A stretch of DNA of 64,000 bases from an uncultured Solirubrobacterales bacterium (GCA_963794845.1 CAWCFD010000002.1:890960-954959); one strand, 5' to 3'; shown: positions 41,836 through 52,098, numbered from the stretch's first letter. Program-made: numbers and translations. Notes: generated by a model not told the origin, from the letters alone.

Positions 41836-41864
41836 TTGACACGAGCAGCGTGGTGGTGTATAAA
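41836..41864 (+). promoter_or_regulatory. sigma70/SigA-type promoter of cassette copy 2
   Basis: TTGACA (41836-41841), a 17-nt spacer, then TATAAA (41859-41864). Confidence 0.55.
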
Positions 41865-41869
41865 GACCC

Positions 41870-42110
41870 CATGCCTCGATCCGAAAGGGATCGGGGAAGA
41901 CATAAGACTGGTTTGGGCCGGCCCTGTGGCTAGCCGCAAACGTTTTAGACGGGGAACCTTGGGAGAGGGACCAAGTCGCAACTGAGAGGGAGCTGTAGTT
42001 CGCGTGGTTTCTTTGGGGAATAGCGCAGTTGAGAGTCGTTGTGCGCGTGGCGGGTCCTTTATAGGACGCGTCAGCGGCGCTGACGCGTCTCTCTCTCTCT
42101 CTCTCTCTCT
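41870..42110 (+). ncRNA. conserved structured non-coding domain, copy 2
   Basis: Homologous to 10870..11111 (same blocks). It ends in the palindrome ACGCGTCAGCG-G-CGCTGACGCGT (42066-42088) and the (TC)11T tract. Confidence 0.5.
42088..42110 (+). repeat. (TC)11T dinucleotide tract
   Basis: Hand-counted 23 nt, identical in length to 11089..11111. Confidence 0.9.
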
Positions 42111-42521
42111 GGCCGCCTCAGCCTTCACGGCTTAGGCCGCTCCGCTCCGGCCGCGTCTCGCGGCCGCTTCACCCCGAAGGGGGTGGGGGCATGAGCTGTT
42201 CTTCTCGCGCTCACGCGTCTGCGTGTTGCGCGCACTTGTCGTACCCACGGCCTCAGGCCCCCCTCCGTCCGGCAAGCCGGACGGGATCCCCCCAAGGGGG
42301 GAGATTGAGTGGGTCTCCGGCCTGCAGCCGGACGGGTTCCCCCCTCGGGGGGAGTTTCTCTTTCAAAGTGTCGTACCCACGCGGGATGGTCGCACTAGAC
42401 CCTGCCTCTGTTCTGCTGGACGGGCAACCCCTGGGCGCCATCTCCACGAGGGCGCCTGCGCTCTTGGGCGTCCAGGGGTCCGTCCTACCCATTGTGTGCG
42501 GGTGTGGGAGGAGCCGGTGAG
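42111..42521 (+). promoter_or_regulatory. GC-hairpin-rich 5' leader, copy 2
   Basis: Three double-hairpin modules: CGGCCGCG-TCT-CGCGGCCG + CACCCC-GAAG-GGGGTG; CCGTCCGG-CAAG-CCGGACGG + TCCCCCC-AA-GGGGGGA; TCCGGC-CTGCA-GCCGGA + TCCCCCC-TC-GGGGGGA. TGTCGTACCCACG occurs twice. Confidence 0.45.
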
Positions 42522-43619
42522 ATGGCCGGTGGTAAACGAGCGTCACGGTCTGCTCACGCCGGTACAGGTGACCGGATCGGTCATGGCGCGCGTATCGCGC
42601 AGGCGTATAACGGCGCCGTGCGTGAGCAGCTCGCTGATCTTCAGCGCGCGCGGATCCTCAGCGCGACGTTCGACGTCGTGGCGCAACGGGGGGCGGGGAG
42701 CGTGACCGTCGCTCACGTCGTGGAGCGCTCGGGTGTGAGCCGGCGCACGTTCTACGAGAACTTCGATGATCGTGACGACTGTCTGCTCGCCTCCTTCGAG
42801 CGCGCAGTGACGCTCGCCTCGCAACGGGTCATCCCGGCGTATGAGTCCGAGAAGGGTTGGCGGGAGCGAATCGGGGCCGGCCTGGTCGCGCTGCTCGCCT
42901 TCTGCAATGAGCAGCCGAGCGTTGCTCGGATGCTCGTGTGCGAGTCACTCACAAGCGGCGAGAGAGTCGCCCAGCGCCGGACGGAAATCCTGGCGCGCCT
43001 CACACGGATCGTCGATCAGGGCCGCACCCTTACGGGCACACCCAAAGGGCGCCCGGCAGGCAACTCGGGTATGGCCACGAACGTCTCCCCGCTCGCGGCG
43101 GAGGGGACCGTCGGTGGCGTGCTCGCGGTCATCCAGGCACGGCTGACAGCCTGTCCCCGTGTGGGGGAAGCGAAGCGTGAGCCTCTCATCGTCCTGACTA
43201 ACGAGCTGATGAGCATGATCGTCCTTCCGTACCTCGGTGCTGCAGCAGCGAGGCGCGAGCTCGAGCGTCCGCTGCCCACCTCGGTGAGCGCACCGCGCGA
43301 GGACGCACTCATCTCAGACCCCTTCAAAGCCGCCGGCATGCGCCTCACCTACAGGACGGTGCGGGTATTGATGGCCATCGCCCAGCACCCGGATGGGTCA
43401 AACCGTGTGATCGGTGAGACGGCCGGGATCACAGACCAGGGCCAGATATCGAAGCTGCTCGGTCGCTTGGAGCGGATCGGCCTCGTGTCGAACACGGGGA
43501 TCCACCCCGGTAAGGGCGCCCCGAACTCATGGACCCTCACAGAGGAGGGCCAGCGGATCGCGCAGAACATCCGCGCCAACACCGAAGGCAGCCAAGGCCA
43601 CGGAGCCAGCGAGCGATGA
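42522..43619 (+). CDS. TetR-N / MarR-like-C fusion regulator, paralog 2
   Basis: Colinear with 11487..12515. Shared stretches include TVAHVVERSGVSRRTFYE, AEGTVGGVLAVIQARL, TNELMSMIV, GMRLTYRTVRVL and GQISKLLGRL. Confidence 0.7.
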   Translation: MAGGKRASRSAHAGTGDRIGHGARIAQAYNGAVREQLADLQRARILSATFDVVAQRGAGSVTVAHVVERSGVSRRTFYENFDDRDDCLLASFERAVTLASQRVIPAYESEKGWRERIGAGLVALLAFCNEQPSVARMLVCESLTSGERVAQRRTEILARLTRIVDQGRTLTGTPKGRPAGNSGMATNVSPLAAEGTVGGVLAVIQARLTACPRVGEAKREPLIVLTNELMSMIVLPYLGAAAARRELERPLPTSVSAPREDALISDPFKAAGMRLTYRTVRVLMAIAQHPDGSNRVIGETAGITDQGQISKLLGRLERIGLVSNTGIHPGKGAPNSWTLTEEGQRIAQNIRANTEGSQGHGASER

Positions 43620-43940
43620 GCCACCACGCACGCATCCTCGCCGCCCTGGCCGGCGCCGAACCACAAGCTTGTAATCAAAAAGGAAGCAAGCAAGTAAAGG
43701 CTCTCTCACTGAGTCCGTTGCCCTTGATCTCAATAGCAGAGCGTTTCGCTCCTAGAAATGCAATTGGGATGTTCAAACAATGCACAGGCGACTTTTGGGA
43801 GTAACAAAGGTATGCAGTTCAGAAGAGAGACAAAGCTGAGGGTTCTTTGGCAGGTTGTGTTGGCGGAGAGGTGCTCTTCGCGGCGGGCCATGCCAGTTCG
43901 GAGCCGGGTATTGACACGTAGGCAGAGAGGGGATGGCTTG

Positions 43941-45040
43941 ATGGGTTCTCGCAGGCTGGCATTGACGGTCACGATCGCGCTGTGCATATGGGGGTGGGGA
44001 CTCGCCTGGGCAGGCTCCGCGTTGGCGGCTAGCGCTCCGACGATCGAACTCGAGGCTGTGTCCGACGTGGAATATGCGGGCGCCACGCTGAGTGCGACGA
44101 TCAAGCCAAACGAAGCGGCGACTACATATCGGTTCGAATACGGCAGCAGTGTCTCCTACGGCACGAGCCTGCCCTCCTCGGAAGCCCAAGTCGGGTCGGG
44201 TACGGAAGCTGTGACAGTCAAACAGCTGGCGTTGGGACTCACACCGGGCAGCACCTATCACTATCGGGTCGTAGCGGTCAGCGCCGAAGGCACGACGTTT
44301 GGACCGGACAAGGTGTTTAGGACGTTCCCTGAGCCCGTCGCTGAAACAGAAACATGTAGCAACGCGGGGATCCGCGCTAAGCAGTTCGCCTCTTATCTTC
44401 CCGACTGCCGTGCTTACGAGATGGTTTCGCCGCTCGATAAGAACGGCGGGAACATCTCAGCGGTCGAGAGCATGACTCAATCTTCGATCACCGGCGACGC
44501 GGTCAAGTACGTTTCTCCCGCTGCGTTCGGCGACACGGTGGGAATGCAGGCCAGCGGAAACGAATACGTGGCTCAGCGCGGGCCGGAAGGCTGGATCAGC
44601 CACTCGATAACTCCGCATCAGCCGGCAGAACCCTATCCTTTCGTCACACCCGAGTACACACTGATCTCCGAAGATCTGTCCAAGGGCGTGTACTACGCGA
44701 TATCGCCGCTTGCCGGGACCGATCCCAACGTCGCCGGCGTGCACAACCTCTACCTGCGCAAGGATCTGCTGTCGGCGCCTCCCGGCAGCTACGAACTTTT
44801 GAGTGACTCCATAGAACCTCTGCCGGCCAGGGAACAGCTGGGCTTCAAACACTCCATAGCGGTCGCTGCCGCGTCCAAGGATCTGACTCACATCGTGTTC
44901 GAGTCGTTGGACGATCTGACGCCGGAAGCGAAAGGCCTGCCGGCAGGCGCAAAGACTTACGAATGGCACAACGGTACGGTGCACCTGGTGGGCATACTGC
45001 CCGATGGGCAGCCGGCCGAAAACTCGGTCGCAGGTCAGGG
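43941..45040 (+). pseudogene. N-terminal fragment of Fn3/beta-propeller secreted protein (paralog of 12675..16535, lacks the NHL part), interrupted by IS
   Basis: Signal peptide LALTVTIALCIWGWGLAWAGSALAASA, one TTYRFEYG..YHYRVVA unit, then propeller-type sequence. The frame is broken at 45040/45041 by the IS. Confidence 0.7.
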
Positions 45041-46613
45041 CTCGACTTTCGCGGTTTAGGCAGCCGCGAGTGCTGATGAGAGCTGGGGTTCTCTGATTTG
45101 TTGATGCGTGGTCATCGGGTGTGCTTGTGCATGAAACTCCTGCCGGATGAGCTCGCGGCGTAGCGCTGCGAGCATGTCGGCGTAGCTGACGGTGGCCTTC
45201 TGGCGGTACCACGGAGCCCGGCGGCGGCGCTCGATCAGGTCGGCCTGCGGGTCGCCGCAGAGCTGGTACCAGAGGATCGTGATCGTGATCGTCAGGAAAC
45301 CGAACGGCACGGTGCGCTCCACGGCTCCCTTGACTCTGTTGCGGGCGTCGCCGACGCCATGGGCCTTGGCCTCTTGGTGGACGGTCTCGATCACCCAGCG
45401 CCCGTCGTAGCGTTCGATGGTCTGTACGGCGGTGGCGGTGGTGTCGGTTGATGCCATCGCGATGTCGAAGCTGTCGGTCTTTGTGCTGTTGGGGCTGCGG
45501 ACGAGGATCACCTTGATCGGCCGCGTGTGAAACGGCTTGTACCACAGGCACACAAACTCGTGGATGAGGGCGGTGCGGCTCCGCCCGTCGCGTCCGGTGA
45601 GCGTGACGGGCGTGAAGGTCGCGGCTTTGGCGATCTCGGCGAGGCTCCCCATCCTCTTGCCCTTCAGCGGCGTGCGGCCGTGCTGGTGTGGCCGGCGTGC
45701 CAGGGGGAGCTCGTGGATCGCGGCGTTTGCGCGCATCCTGGTTGTCAGGCTGACGTGATCGGGCAGGCTCCGCCAGGCCCTGGAGGCGTAGGCGCCGTCC
45801 ATCACCAGCTCGACCTGGCGGCCGGGGAAGCGCTTGATGACCAGGTCGATGAGCGTTCGTCCGAGCTCGGGTTGGGAGGGCCGGCCGGGGTGCTCATCGT
45901 CCTTCGGTCGGAAGAGCCGGCAGAGGACCGGCAGGCCGATCGTCCGCCCGCCGGTGCATGGCAGCGCCACGACGAGCACGACCGTAACGAAGCAGTTGCC
46001 GAAGCGGGTGCGCCTGCCCGAGCCCTCCGGTTGCGCGCCGTCGTGCAGGTAGTGCGCCCCCCACACGCGCTTTCCCGTGCGCCCGAAGAGGGTGTCGTCC
46101 ACGGCCAGAGAGATCGGGCCGTCGGCTCCGATCAGCAGCGAGACCAGGAGGTCCAGCAGCCGCAGCCCGAGCTCATCCGGGCACCACCGGCGATAGGCGA
46201 AGAACGCGTGCGCGCGGCTGTGATGCCAGACGCCCGCCAGGCCCGCTGCCTGCAGCATCCCCGTGACCGTGTTCTCGCGGATGCGCGCGATGAAGCCGAC
46301 CGTGAGCATGCAGAACGTCCGGTACGTGGGTGCCGTGAAGCACGGCGCAAGCAGGGACAGCAAGCCGGCGAGCGAACTGGGAACCTGAGGCATGGCGGCG
46401 ACCCCCCGATGGGCAGGCCGCGGGAACGCTCACTACGCCCCGCGGCCGATGGACTTTGTCGCCCACCGGATTCGGGGTCGCCGCCAGCCCTCCTGCGGTC
46501 GCGCTCAACCCACACCAACCCCGCCGCTCAGCCAGCCAGACGCACCCGCCGCGCGCCGACCACACCAGTCATCACTACACCACGCTCAGACCTCGAAAAA
46601 CCCGAAACTCGAG
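45041..46613 (-). mobile_element. IS4/IS701-like insertion sequence (1573 bp) with imperfect 17-bp terminal IRs and 6-bp TSD
   Basis: Left end CTCGACTTTCGCGGTTT versus reverse complement of right end CTCGAGTTTCGGGTTTT. TCAGGG is duplicated at 45035-45040 and 46614-46619. Confidence 0.8.
45056..46393 (-). CDS. DDE transposase (IS701/IS4-like)
   Basis: 445-aa ORF filling the element: LAVDDTLFGRTGKRVWGA, ELVMDGAYAS, RWVIETVHQEAKAHGVGDARNR (D, D, E regions). Confidence 0.8.
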   Translation of the reverse strand: MPQVPSSLAGLLSLLAPCFTAPTYRTFCMLTVGFIARIRENTVTGMLQAAGLAGVWHHSRAHAFFAYRRWCPDELGLRLLDLLVSLLIGADGPISLAVDDTLFGRTGKRVWGAHYLHDGAQPEGSGRRTRFGNCFVTVVLVVALPCTGGRTIGLPVLCRLFRPKDDEHPGRPSQPELGRTLIDLVIKRFPGRQVELVMDGAYASRAWRSLPDHVSLTTRMRANAAIHELPLARRPHQHGRTPLKGKRMGSLAEIAKAATFTPVTLTGRDGRSRTALIHEFVCLWYKPFHTRPIKVILVRSPNSTKTDSFDIAMASTDTTATAVQTIERYDGRWVIETVHQEAKAHGVGDARNRVKGAVERTVPFGFLTITITILWYQLCGDPQADLIERRRRAPWYRQKATVSYADMLAALRRELIRQEFHAQAHPMTTHQQIREPQLSSALAAA

Positions 46614-46619
46614 TCAGGG

Positions 46620-48054
46620 GGCGGGTGTTGAATTCTCTCAAAATGCGATCTCCACCGCCGATGCAGTCAATATTCCTGGCACGGTCTCAGACGACGGGTC
46701 ACGAATAGTTTTTGCGACTCCTCCTTACGCGATAACCGCCGAAGGCATCGACAAAGAAGGAATGGGCGGCCAGCTTTACATGCGTGTGAACGGATCGGAA
46801 ACGATCTATTTGAATGAAAGCGAGCGCTCCTCGCCGGATCCCAACGGTACTAAGCCTGCGTTCTTCTGGGCTGCCACTTCGGACGACTCCAAGCTCTTCT
46901 TCACGAGTTCCGAGATGCTGACCGAAGATGCGCCCGAAACGGGCGTGAAGTACTACATGTACGATGTAAACGCCCCTGCGAAAAAACACCTCACGCTGCT
47001 GGTGTCGGGTCCGCCAGGCGAACAGAACGGCAAAATCAACGGTATCAGCGCCGACGGCAGTTACGTCTATTTCACGTCATCCGCGCCGCTTCGCCCACAA
47101 GACCAGATTGAAGTCGAAGGCAGGTCGGGTCACTTCCTGGGGTATGTCTATGTACTGCACCAGGGAGAACTCCGCTTCATTACTACGCACACTTGGCAGG
47201 AAAATGAACTGTGGGAAGAAGGGGGTCTCGAATATGGTCACGGCCTGCGAATCTCGGCCGACGGCAAGACGGTGCTGTTCACAAATGAAGATCCGGCGAC
47301 CGCCGAGCAGGCAGGCTATGAAAACGACCCGTATCCAAAGAAGTTGAAAGACACTGAGGTTTACCTCTATCGTTACGACTCGAACAAGATAACCTGCGTC
47401 TCGTGCGACCCCAGCGGCGCGTATCCGGTCAGTTTCGCCGGGTTCTCCGGTGGTTTCAGCGTCGACGCCAATGCATTCTCGATTCTGGTGAGTCCAACCC
47501 ATTATCGCGCGCATGCGCTCAGCGACGACGGCCGCTATGTATTCTTCGATACCGCAGACGCTCTGACTCCGCAGGACGTCAACAAACAGCGCGATGTCTA
47601 TGAGTACGATATTGCGACCGGCAAGATCCATCTGATCTCAAGCGGCACCTGTAACTGCGGATCGTTCTTCGTGGACGCGTCGCCCGACGGGCGCAACGTA
47701 TTCTTCACGACCTATCAAAAACTGGTGCGGTCGGACATCGACGACAGCGCGGACCTGTACGACGCGCGCATCGAAGGGGGAATACCGGCCCAGAATGTGC
47801 CGCCAAGCGTGCCCTGCATCGGAGACGACTGCCAGGCTCCTGCCAGTTCCGCTCCACCGCTCTCGGTGGCAGCGTCATCGACGTTCTTTGGCGCCGGCAA
47901 TCCCCTGACACCTGTCGTGAAAGCGAAGCCCAAACCAAAGGCCAAGCACACCAGGCACGGGAAAGCTAAGCGCAAGCATAAGTCGAGGCAGGGGCGCAAG
48001 AGTCGCAGAGCCGCCAAGGCGCGCCACACCACACTACGTCGAGCCGCGCGTTAG
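46620..48054 (+). pseudogene. C-terminal fragment of the IS-disrupted beta-propeller protein
   Basis: Removing 45041-46619 joins ...VAGQG|AGVEFSQNAIS... in frame. PD40-like blades (DGSRIVF, DDSKLFF, DGSYVYF, DGKTVLF, DGRYVFF, DGRNVFF) and a polybasic tail KAKPKPKAKHTRHGKAKRKHKSRQGRKSRRAAKARH. Confidence 0.75.
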
Positions 48055-48069
48055 GGAGAGGACGAACCA

Positions 48070-51000
48070 ATGTATCTAAAGACTATGAAGATGGACAGGC
48101 TCAGGACTGTGCTCGCGCTCGCAGTAGCGGTGGTCGTGACTGTCGCGATGGTCCTAGGCGCAGACTCAGCTAGCGCCAATTTCGGTATCGAAGGCTTCGA
48201 TCAGCAGATCACTGCGGGTCCCGCCGGTGGAGTATTCACGCAAGCAGGTGGACACCCATATGAAATCATCACCGAAATAGAGCTCAACCATCATGAACAG
48301 ACGTTGTTCGGGACCAAAATTCAGATGCCCGACGCGGACGCCAGAGACATCGTCACGAAGCTCCCGCCGGGACTGTTCGGAAACCCGACCGGGATCGAGC
48401 AGTGCACGATCGAACAGTTGTCCGGCGCCAATGAGCCTCTGCACACATCTCACTACGCAGAATGCCCCATCGCATCCCAGGTCGGCTATATCGAACTGCA
48501 TATCCCGCTCGCCGAACTGTTTGGCCGCCCCGCTGCCGTGGCGCAGCTCTACAACATCGTCCCCGCGTTCGACCAGCCGGCGGCGTTTGGGTTCGATGTG
48601 GCGGGACAGTCGATCATATTGACGGGAAATGTGCGCAACGGTGGCGACTTTGGCATCAACGTCATCTCGCCGAAAATTCCGGACGCCCTGCCGATCACCG
48701 GCATCAAGGTCGTCTTTTGGGGTGTGCCGGGAGACCCGAGGCACGACTTCCAGAGATGCCAATATTCTCTTGCCCACGAAGAAGGCGAAACCGGTCCGCC
48801 TCGTTGCGGAAGTGCTACAGAAGAACATCCACTTGCCGGGCCCAGTAAAGACCCGGAAGCGCCGAGAGCTTTCTTGACGCTCCCGGTTTCCTGTACCGCC
48901 ATCGGTTCGGGTGTTCAGACGACGCTACAGACGGATGCCTGGTCTGCTCCCGGTGTGTTTGCCGAACAAAGCATGTTCAGCCACGAACCCCCCGGCTATC
49001 CGCTCGCGCCCAGCGAATGGGGCGCGCAGATCGGTACGACCGGTTGCCCGATCGTGCCCTTCAAACCGGCGGTCGACATCGAGCCGAGCACCCAACAGGC
49101 CGATACGCCGGCGGGGTTGAACATAGATTTCTCGCTGCCCCAAGAAGGGCTGTTGGCTCCCGAAGGAATCGCGACCTCGGATGTTCGCAAGACAGTCGTA
49201 ACGCTGCCCGCAGGCGTTTCGGTCTCGCCGTCGGCCGCCGATGGCTTGGGTGCATGCACGCTCGCGCAGATCGGCTTGGGCAGCGGCGAAACACCGTCAT
49301 GCCCCGACTCCGCGAAGATGGGCACAGTAGAGATAGACACGCCGTTGCTCTCCGAACCGTTGCATGGCGCGATCTATCTGGCCAAGCAGAACGAAAACCC
49401 CTTCCATTCCTTGATCGCGCTGTATCTCGTGGCGGAAGGTCATGGTGTGGTCTTGAAGCTGGCCGGCCAGGTCAATCTTGACCCGGTGACCGGTCAGCTA
49501 CAGAGCACGTTCGACAACAGCCCCGAGTTGCCATTCAACGATCTGAAGATCGACTTCAAGGGCGGACCCAGGGCGCCGCTTGTCACGCCCCATGAATGTG
49601 GCACCTACACCAGCACCGCGACCATGACCCCGTGGTCGGGCAACGCTCCGGCGACTGTCTCGAGCTCCTTTGAGATCACCTCCGGTCCTGGCGGAAAGCC
49701 GTGTCCTTCGCCGCGACAGTTCGCGCCTGGCTTCACGATGGGTACCACCAGCATCCAGGCTGGAGGCTTTAGTCCCCTGACGATGACGATGAGCCGCCCC
49801 GACGGGGACGAGCAGCTTGGAGGGGTGTCACTCAAGACTCCACCCGGCCTGCTGGGAACACTCTCTACGGTCGCGTTGTGTGGGGAACCACGGGCCGCCC
49901 AGGGCACTTGCGGTCCGGAATCCCAAATAGGCACTGTCGTGGCAGCAGCGGGCGCCGGGGCGAACCCGTTCTACGTAAACGGCGGCAAGGTGTTCATCAC
50001 GCAGTCCTACCACGGAGCGCCGTTCGGTCTGTCCGTGGTCGTCCCTGCCGTCGCGGGCCCGTTCGATCTCGGCACTGTCGTCGTCAGAGGAACGATTGCG
50101 GTGGATCCACATACTGCTGCACTTACGATTACCACGGACCCTCTACCGACGATCCTTGATGGCATACCTCTGGACATTAGAGTGGTAAACGTAAATATTG
50201 ACAGGCCTGGCTTCGTCTTCAACTCGACCAACTGTGAACCACAGGCGATCACCGGGACACTGAGTGGTGGACTAGGGGATACGGAGAGCGTTGGGGCTCA
50301 CTATCAGGTGACGAACTGCGCGAGTCTCGGGTTCAAGCCGGTGTTCAAAGTGGCGACGAACGGGCACACTTCGAGAGCCAACGGTGCGAGCCTGCATGTG
50401 TCTCTTCTCTATCCGAAAGCGCCGTTCGGTACGCAGGCCAACATTGCGAAAGTGCATATTGAACTTCCTAAGGCTCTTCCTTCTCGTTTGAGCACCCTCA
50501 ACCATGCTTGCTTGGATTCTGTTTTCAATCAGAATCCTGCCAGTTGTCCTTCTCAATCAAGAGTTGGATTTGCTAAGGCTGTGACTCCAGTACTTCCTGT
50601 TCCTCTAGAAGGTCCAGCTTATTTTGTGAGTCATGGAGGACAAAAGTTTCCTGAATTGATAGTTGTTCTTCAAGGTTATGGAGTAACTGTCGACCTTCAG
50701 GGCGAAACGTTCATCAGCAAGGCTGGTATAACCTCCTCAACCTTCAAGACCGTGCCGGACGTACCGGTAGGGTCCTTCGAACTGACGCTACCGGAGGGCC
50801 CGTTCTCAGCCCTGGCGGCCAACACCGATCTCTGTACGGCGAACCTCGTGATGCCGAACACCTTCGACGCGCAGAACGGGGCTCAGATCAAGCAGAACAC
50901 CCCGATCGAAGTGCAGGGCTGCCAGTACTCGCTGCGGATCGTGCACCGGGCCGTCAAGAGGCGCACGTTGACGGTGAAGGTGTCGGTGCCTGCCGCCGGG

Positions 51001-51207
51001 AGGCTCGTCGCTAGCGGGAAGGGCGTCTCGAAGGCCGCCAAGACGGCCAAGGGCCGCTCTACGCTCACCCTGACCCTCGAAGAGGGTCACGCCGGCAAGC
51101 TGCGCACGAAGGTTCAGCTGCGCTTCACGCCGAGTGGCGCCGCCGGCAAGCAGCGCGGCAAGCAGGCGAAGATCCTGCGCAAGAGCCTCACCGTCACGTT
51201 CGGATAA
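48070..51207 (+). CDS. large secreted four-Cys-pair-module protein, paralog 2 (extra C-terminal beta-sandwich-like domain)
   Basis: RBS GGGAGAGGA, signal LALAVAVVVTVAMVLGADSASA. It is colinear with residues ~340-1215 of paralog 1, for example TQAGGHPYE, GTCGPESQIG, GAPFGLS, GPAYFVSHGG, GETFISKAGITSSTF. Confidence 0.8.
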   Translation: MYLKTMKMDRLRTVLALAVAVVVTVAMVLGADSASANFGIEGFDQQITAGPAGGVFTQAGGHPYEIITEIELNHHEQTLFGTKIQMPDADARDIVTKLPPGLFGNPTGIEQCTIEQLSGANEPLHTSHYAECPIASQVGYIELHIPLAELFGRPAAVAQLYNIVPAFDQPAAFGFDVAGQSIILTGNVRNGGDFGINVISPKIPDALPITGIKVVFWGVPGDPRHDFQRCQYSLAHEEGETGPPRCGSATEEHPLAGPSKDPEAPRAFLTLPVSCTAIGSGVQTTLQTDAWSAPGVFAEQSMFSHEPPGYPLAPSEWGAQIGTTGCPIVPFKPAVDIEPSTQQADTPAGLNIDFSLPQEGLLAPEGIATSDVRKTVVTLPAGVSVSPSAADGLGACTLAQIGLGSGETPSCPDSAKMGTVEIDTPLLSEPLHGAIYLAKQNENPFHSLIALYLVAEGHGVVLKLAGQVNLDPVTGQLQSTFDNSPELPFNDLKIDFKGGPRAPLVTPHECGTYTSTATMTPWSGNAPATVSSSFEITSGPGGKPCPSPRQFAPGFTMGTTSIQAGGFSPLTMTMSRPDGDEQLGGVSLKTPPGLLGTLSTVALCGEPRAAQGTCGPESQIGTVVAAAGAGANPFYVNGGKVFITQSYHGAPFGLSVVVPAVAGPFDLGTVVVRGTIAVDPHTAALTITTDPLPTILDGIPLDIRVVNVNIDRPGFVFNSTNCEPQAITGTLSGGLGDTESVGAHYQVTNCASLGFKPVFKVATNGHTSRANGASLHVSLLYPKAPFGTQANIAKVHIELPKALPSRLSTLNHACLDSVFNQNPASCPSQSRVGFAKAVTPVLPVPLEGPAYFVSHGGQKFPELIVVLQGYGVTVDLQGETFISKAGITSSTFKTVPDVPVGSFELTLPEGPFSALAANTDLCTANLVMPNTFDAQNGAQIKQNTPIEVQGCQYSLRIVHRAVKRRTLTVKVSVPAAGRLVASGKGVSKAAKTAKGRSTLTLTLEEGHAGKLRTKVQLRFTPSGAAGKQRGKQAKILRKSLTVTFG

Positions 51208-51370
51208 GCGTTTTTCTCCCCCCGAGGGTGCTCCCGGGCTGAAGCAGAGGCTCGGGGGCGTCTCGGCGCGGGGCCGCCGATCGGAAGGCTGAGACGGGTC
51301 GCTGAGGCCCGCTGAGGGAGGCCGTGACGGAATACCGTCGCCCACGTTTGCAAAGCTGGGACGCATGTCC
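51205..51370. repeat. diverged direct repeat flanking the VapBC cassette, left copy (right copy 52096..52226)
   Basis: Both copies start at a stop codon followed by GCGTTT. Both contain GCGTCTCGGCG, CGCTGAGG and CCGTC.CCA..GTTTGCAAA.CTGGG, and both end with ATGTCC. Confidence 0.6.
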
Positions 51371-51463
51371 GTTCGCGAACGAGATCAGCCGGTGGCTTGC
51401 GCTGCACGCGAGGAGCCCGACGCCCCGGATCGTGCCCCACGCGGCGGGTGCTACGCTGCGCGT

Positions 51464-51679
51464 ATGCCCACGACGAAGAAGCCCACCGCCGCCGCCAAGC
51501 CCGCGTCCGGTTCCAACGGCTATTCGACTGCGACCCGCCCTGGACGGATCCGCTCCAAGGCTCGCCGCGAAGCGATCGAGGCGCTGATCGAGCGGACAAC
51601 GAAGGGCCCAGGACCGACCCCCGAGATGGAAGCCCGGTTGAAGGACGACGCTTGGGGCAAGCGCCTCGTCGATCCGTGA
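51464..51679 (+). CDS. vapB: antitoxin of VapBC-type module
   Basis: MPTTKKPTAAAKPASG...RSKARREAIEALIERTTKG. Its stop overlaps the vapC GTG (GTGA at 51676-51679). Confidence 0.55.
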   Translation: MPTTKKPTAAAKPASGSNGYSTATRPGRIRSKARREAIEALIERTTKGPGPTPEMEARLKDDAWGKRLVDP

Positions 51680-52098
51680 GCCTGCCGGCCGACCGGATCT
51701 ACCTGTTCGACACGTCGGTCTGGCTTCGCACAAAGCATCCGCTGATCGCCTCCGACTGGGAAGCGGCGCTGCGGAACGACCAGCTGGCCGTCTCGCCGAT
51801 CGTCGCCTTCGAGGCTTTCTACGACGCCCAGAGCCAGGCTGACTTCGAGCATCTCGAAAGGCAACTCGACGCTCTGCGGCAGGCGCCGCTGACGCAGGGG
51901 ATCGTCCGTGACGCCCGCCGTGCGCTGCACGACCTCTCGGCGAAGGCGAACCATCGGCTGCCGTTCCCGGACGCGCTGCTCGCCGCGACGGCCGCGCACA
52001 AGAACATGACCGTGCTGCACTACGACGGGCATTTCGACACGCTCAGCAAAGTGCTCGGCTTCGAGAGTCGCTGGATCGCCGCGCCAGGATCGCTCTAG
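51676..52098 (+). CDS. vapC: PIN-domain toxin (VapC-like)
   Basis: IYLFDTSVWLR...SPIVAFEAFY...FPDALLAATAAHKNMTVLHYDGHFD. Confidence 0.8.
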   Translation: MSLPADRIYLFDTSVWLRTKHPLIASDWEAALRNDQLAVSPIVAFEAFYDAQSQADFEHLERQLDALRQAPLTQGIVRDARRALHDLSAKANHRLPFPDALLAATAAHKNMTVLHYDGHFDTLSKVLGFESRWIAAPGSL

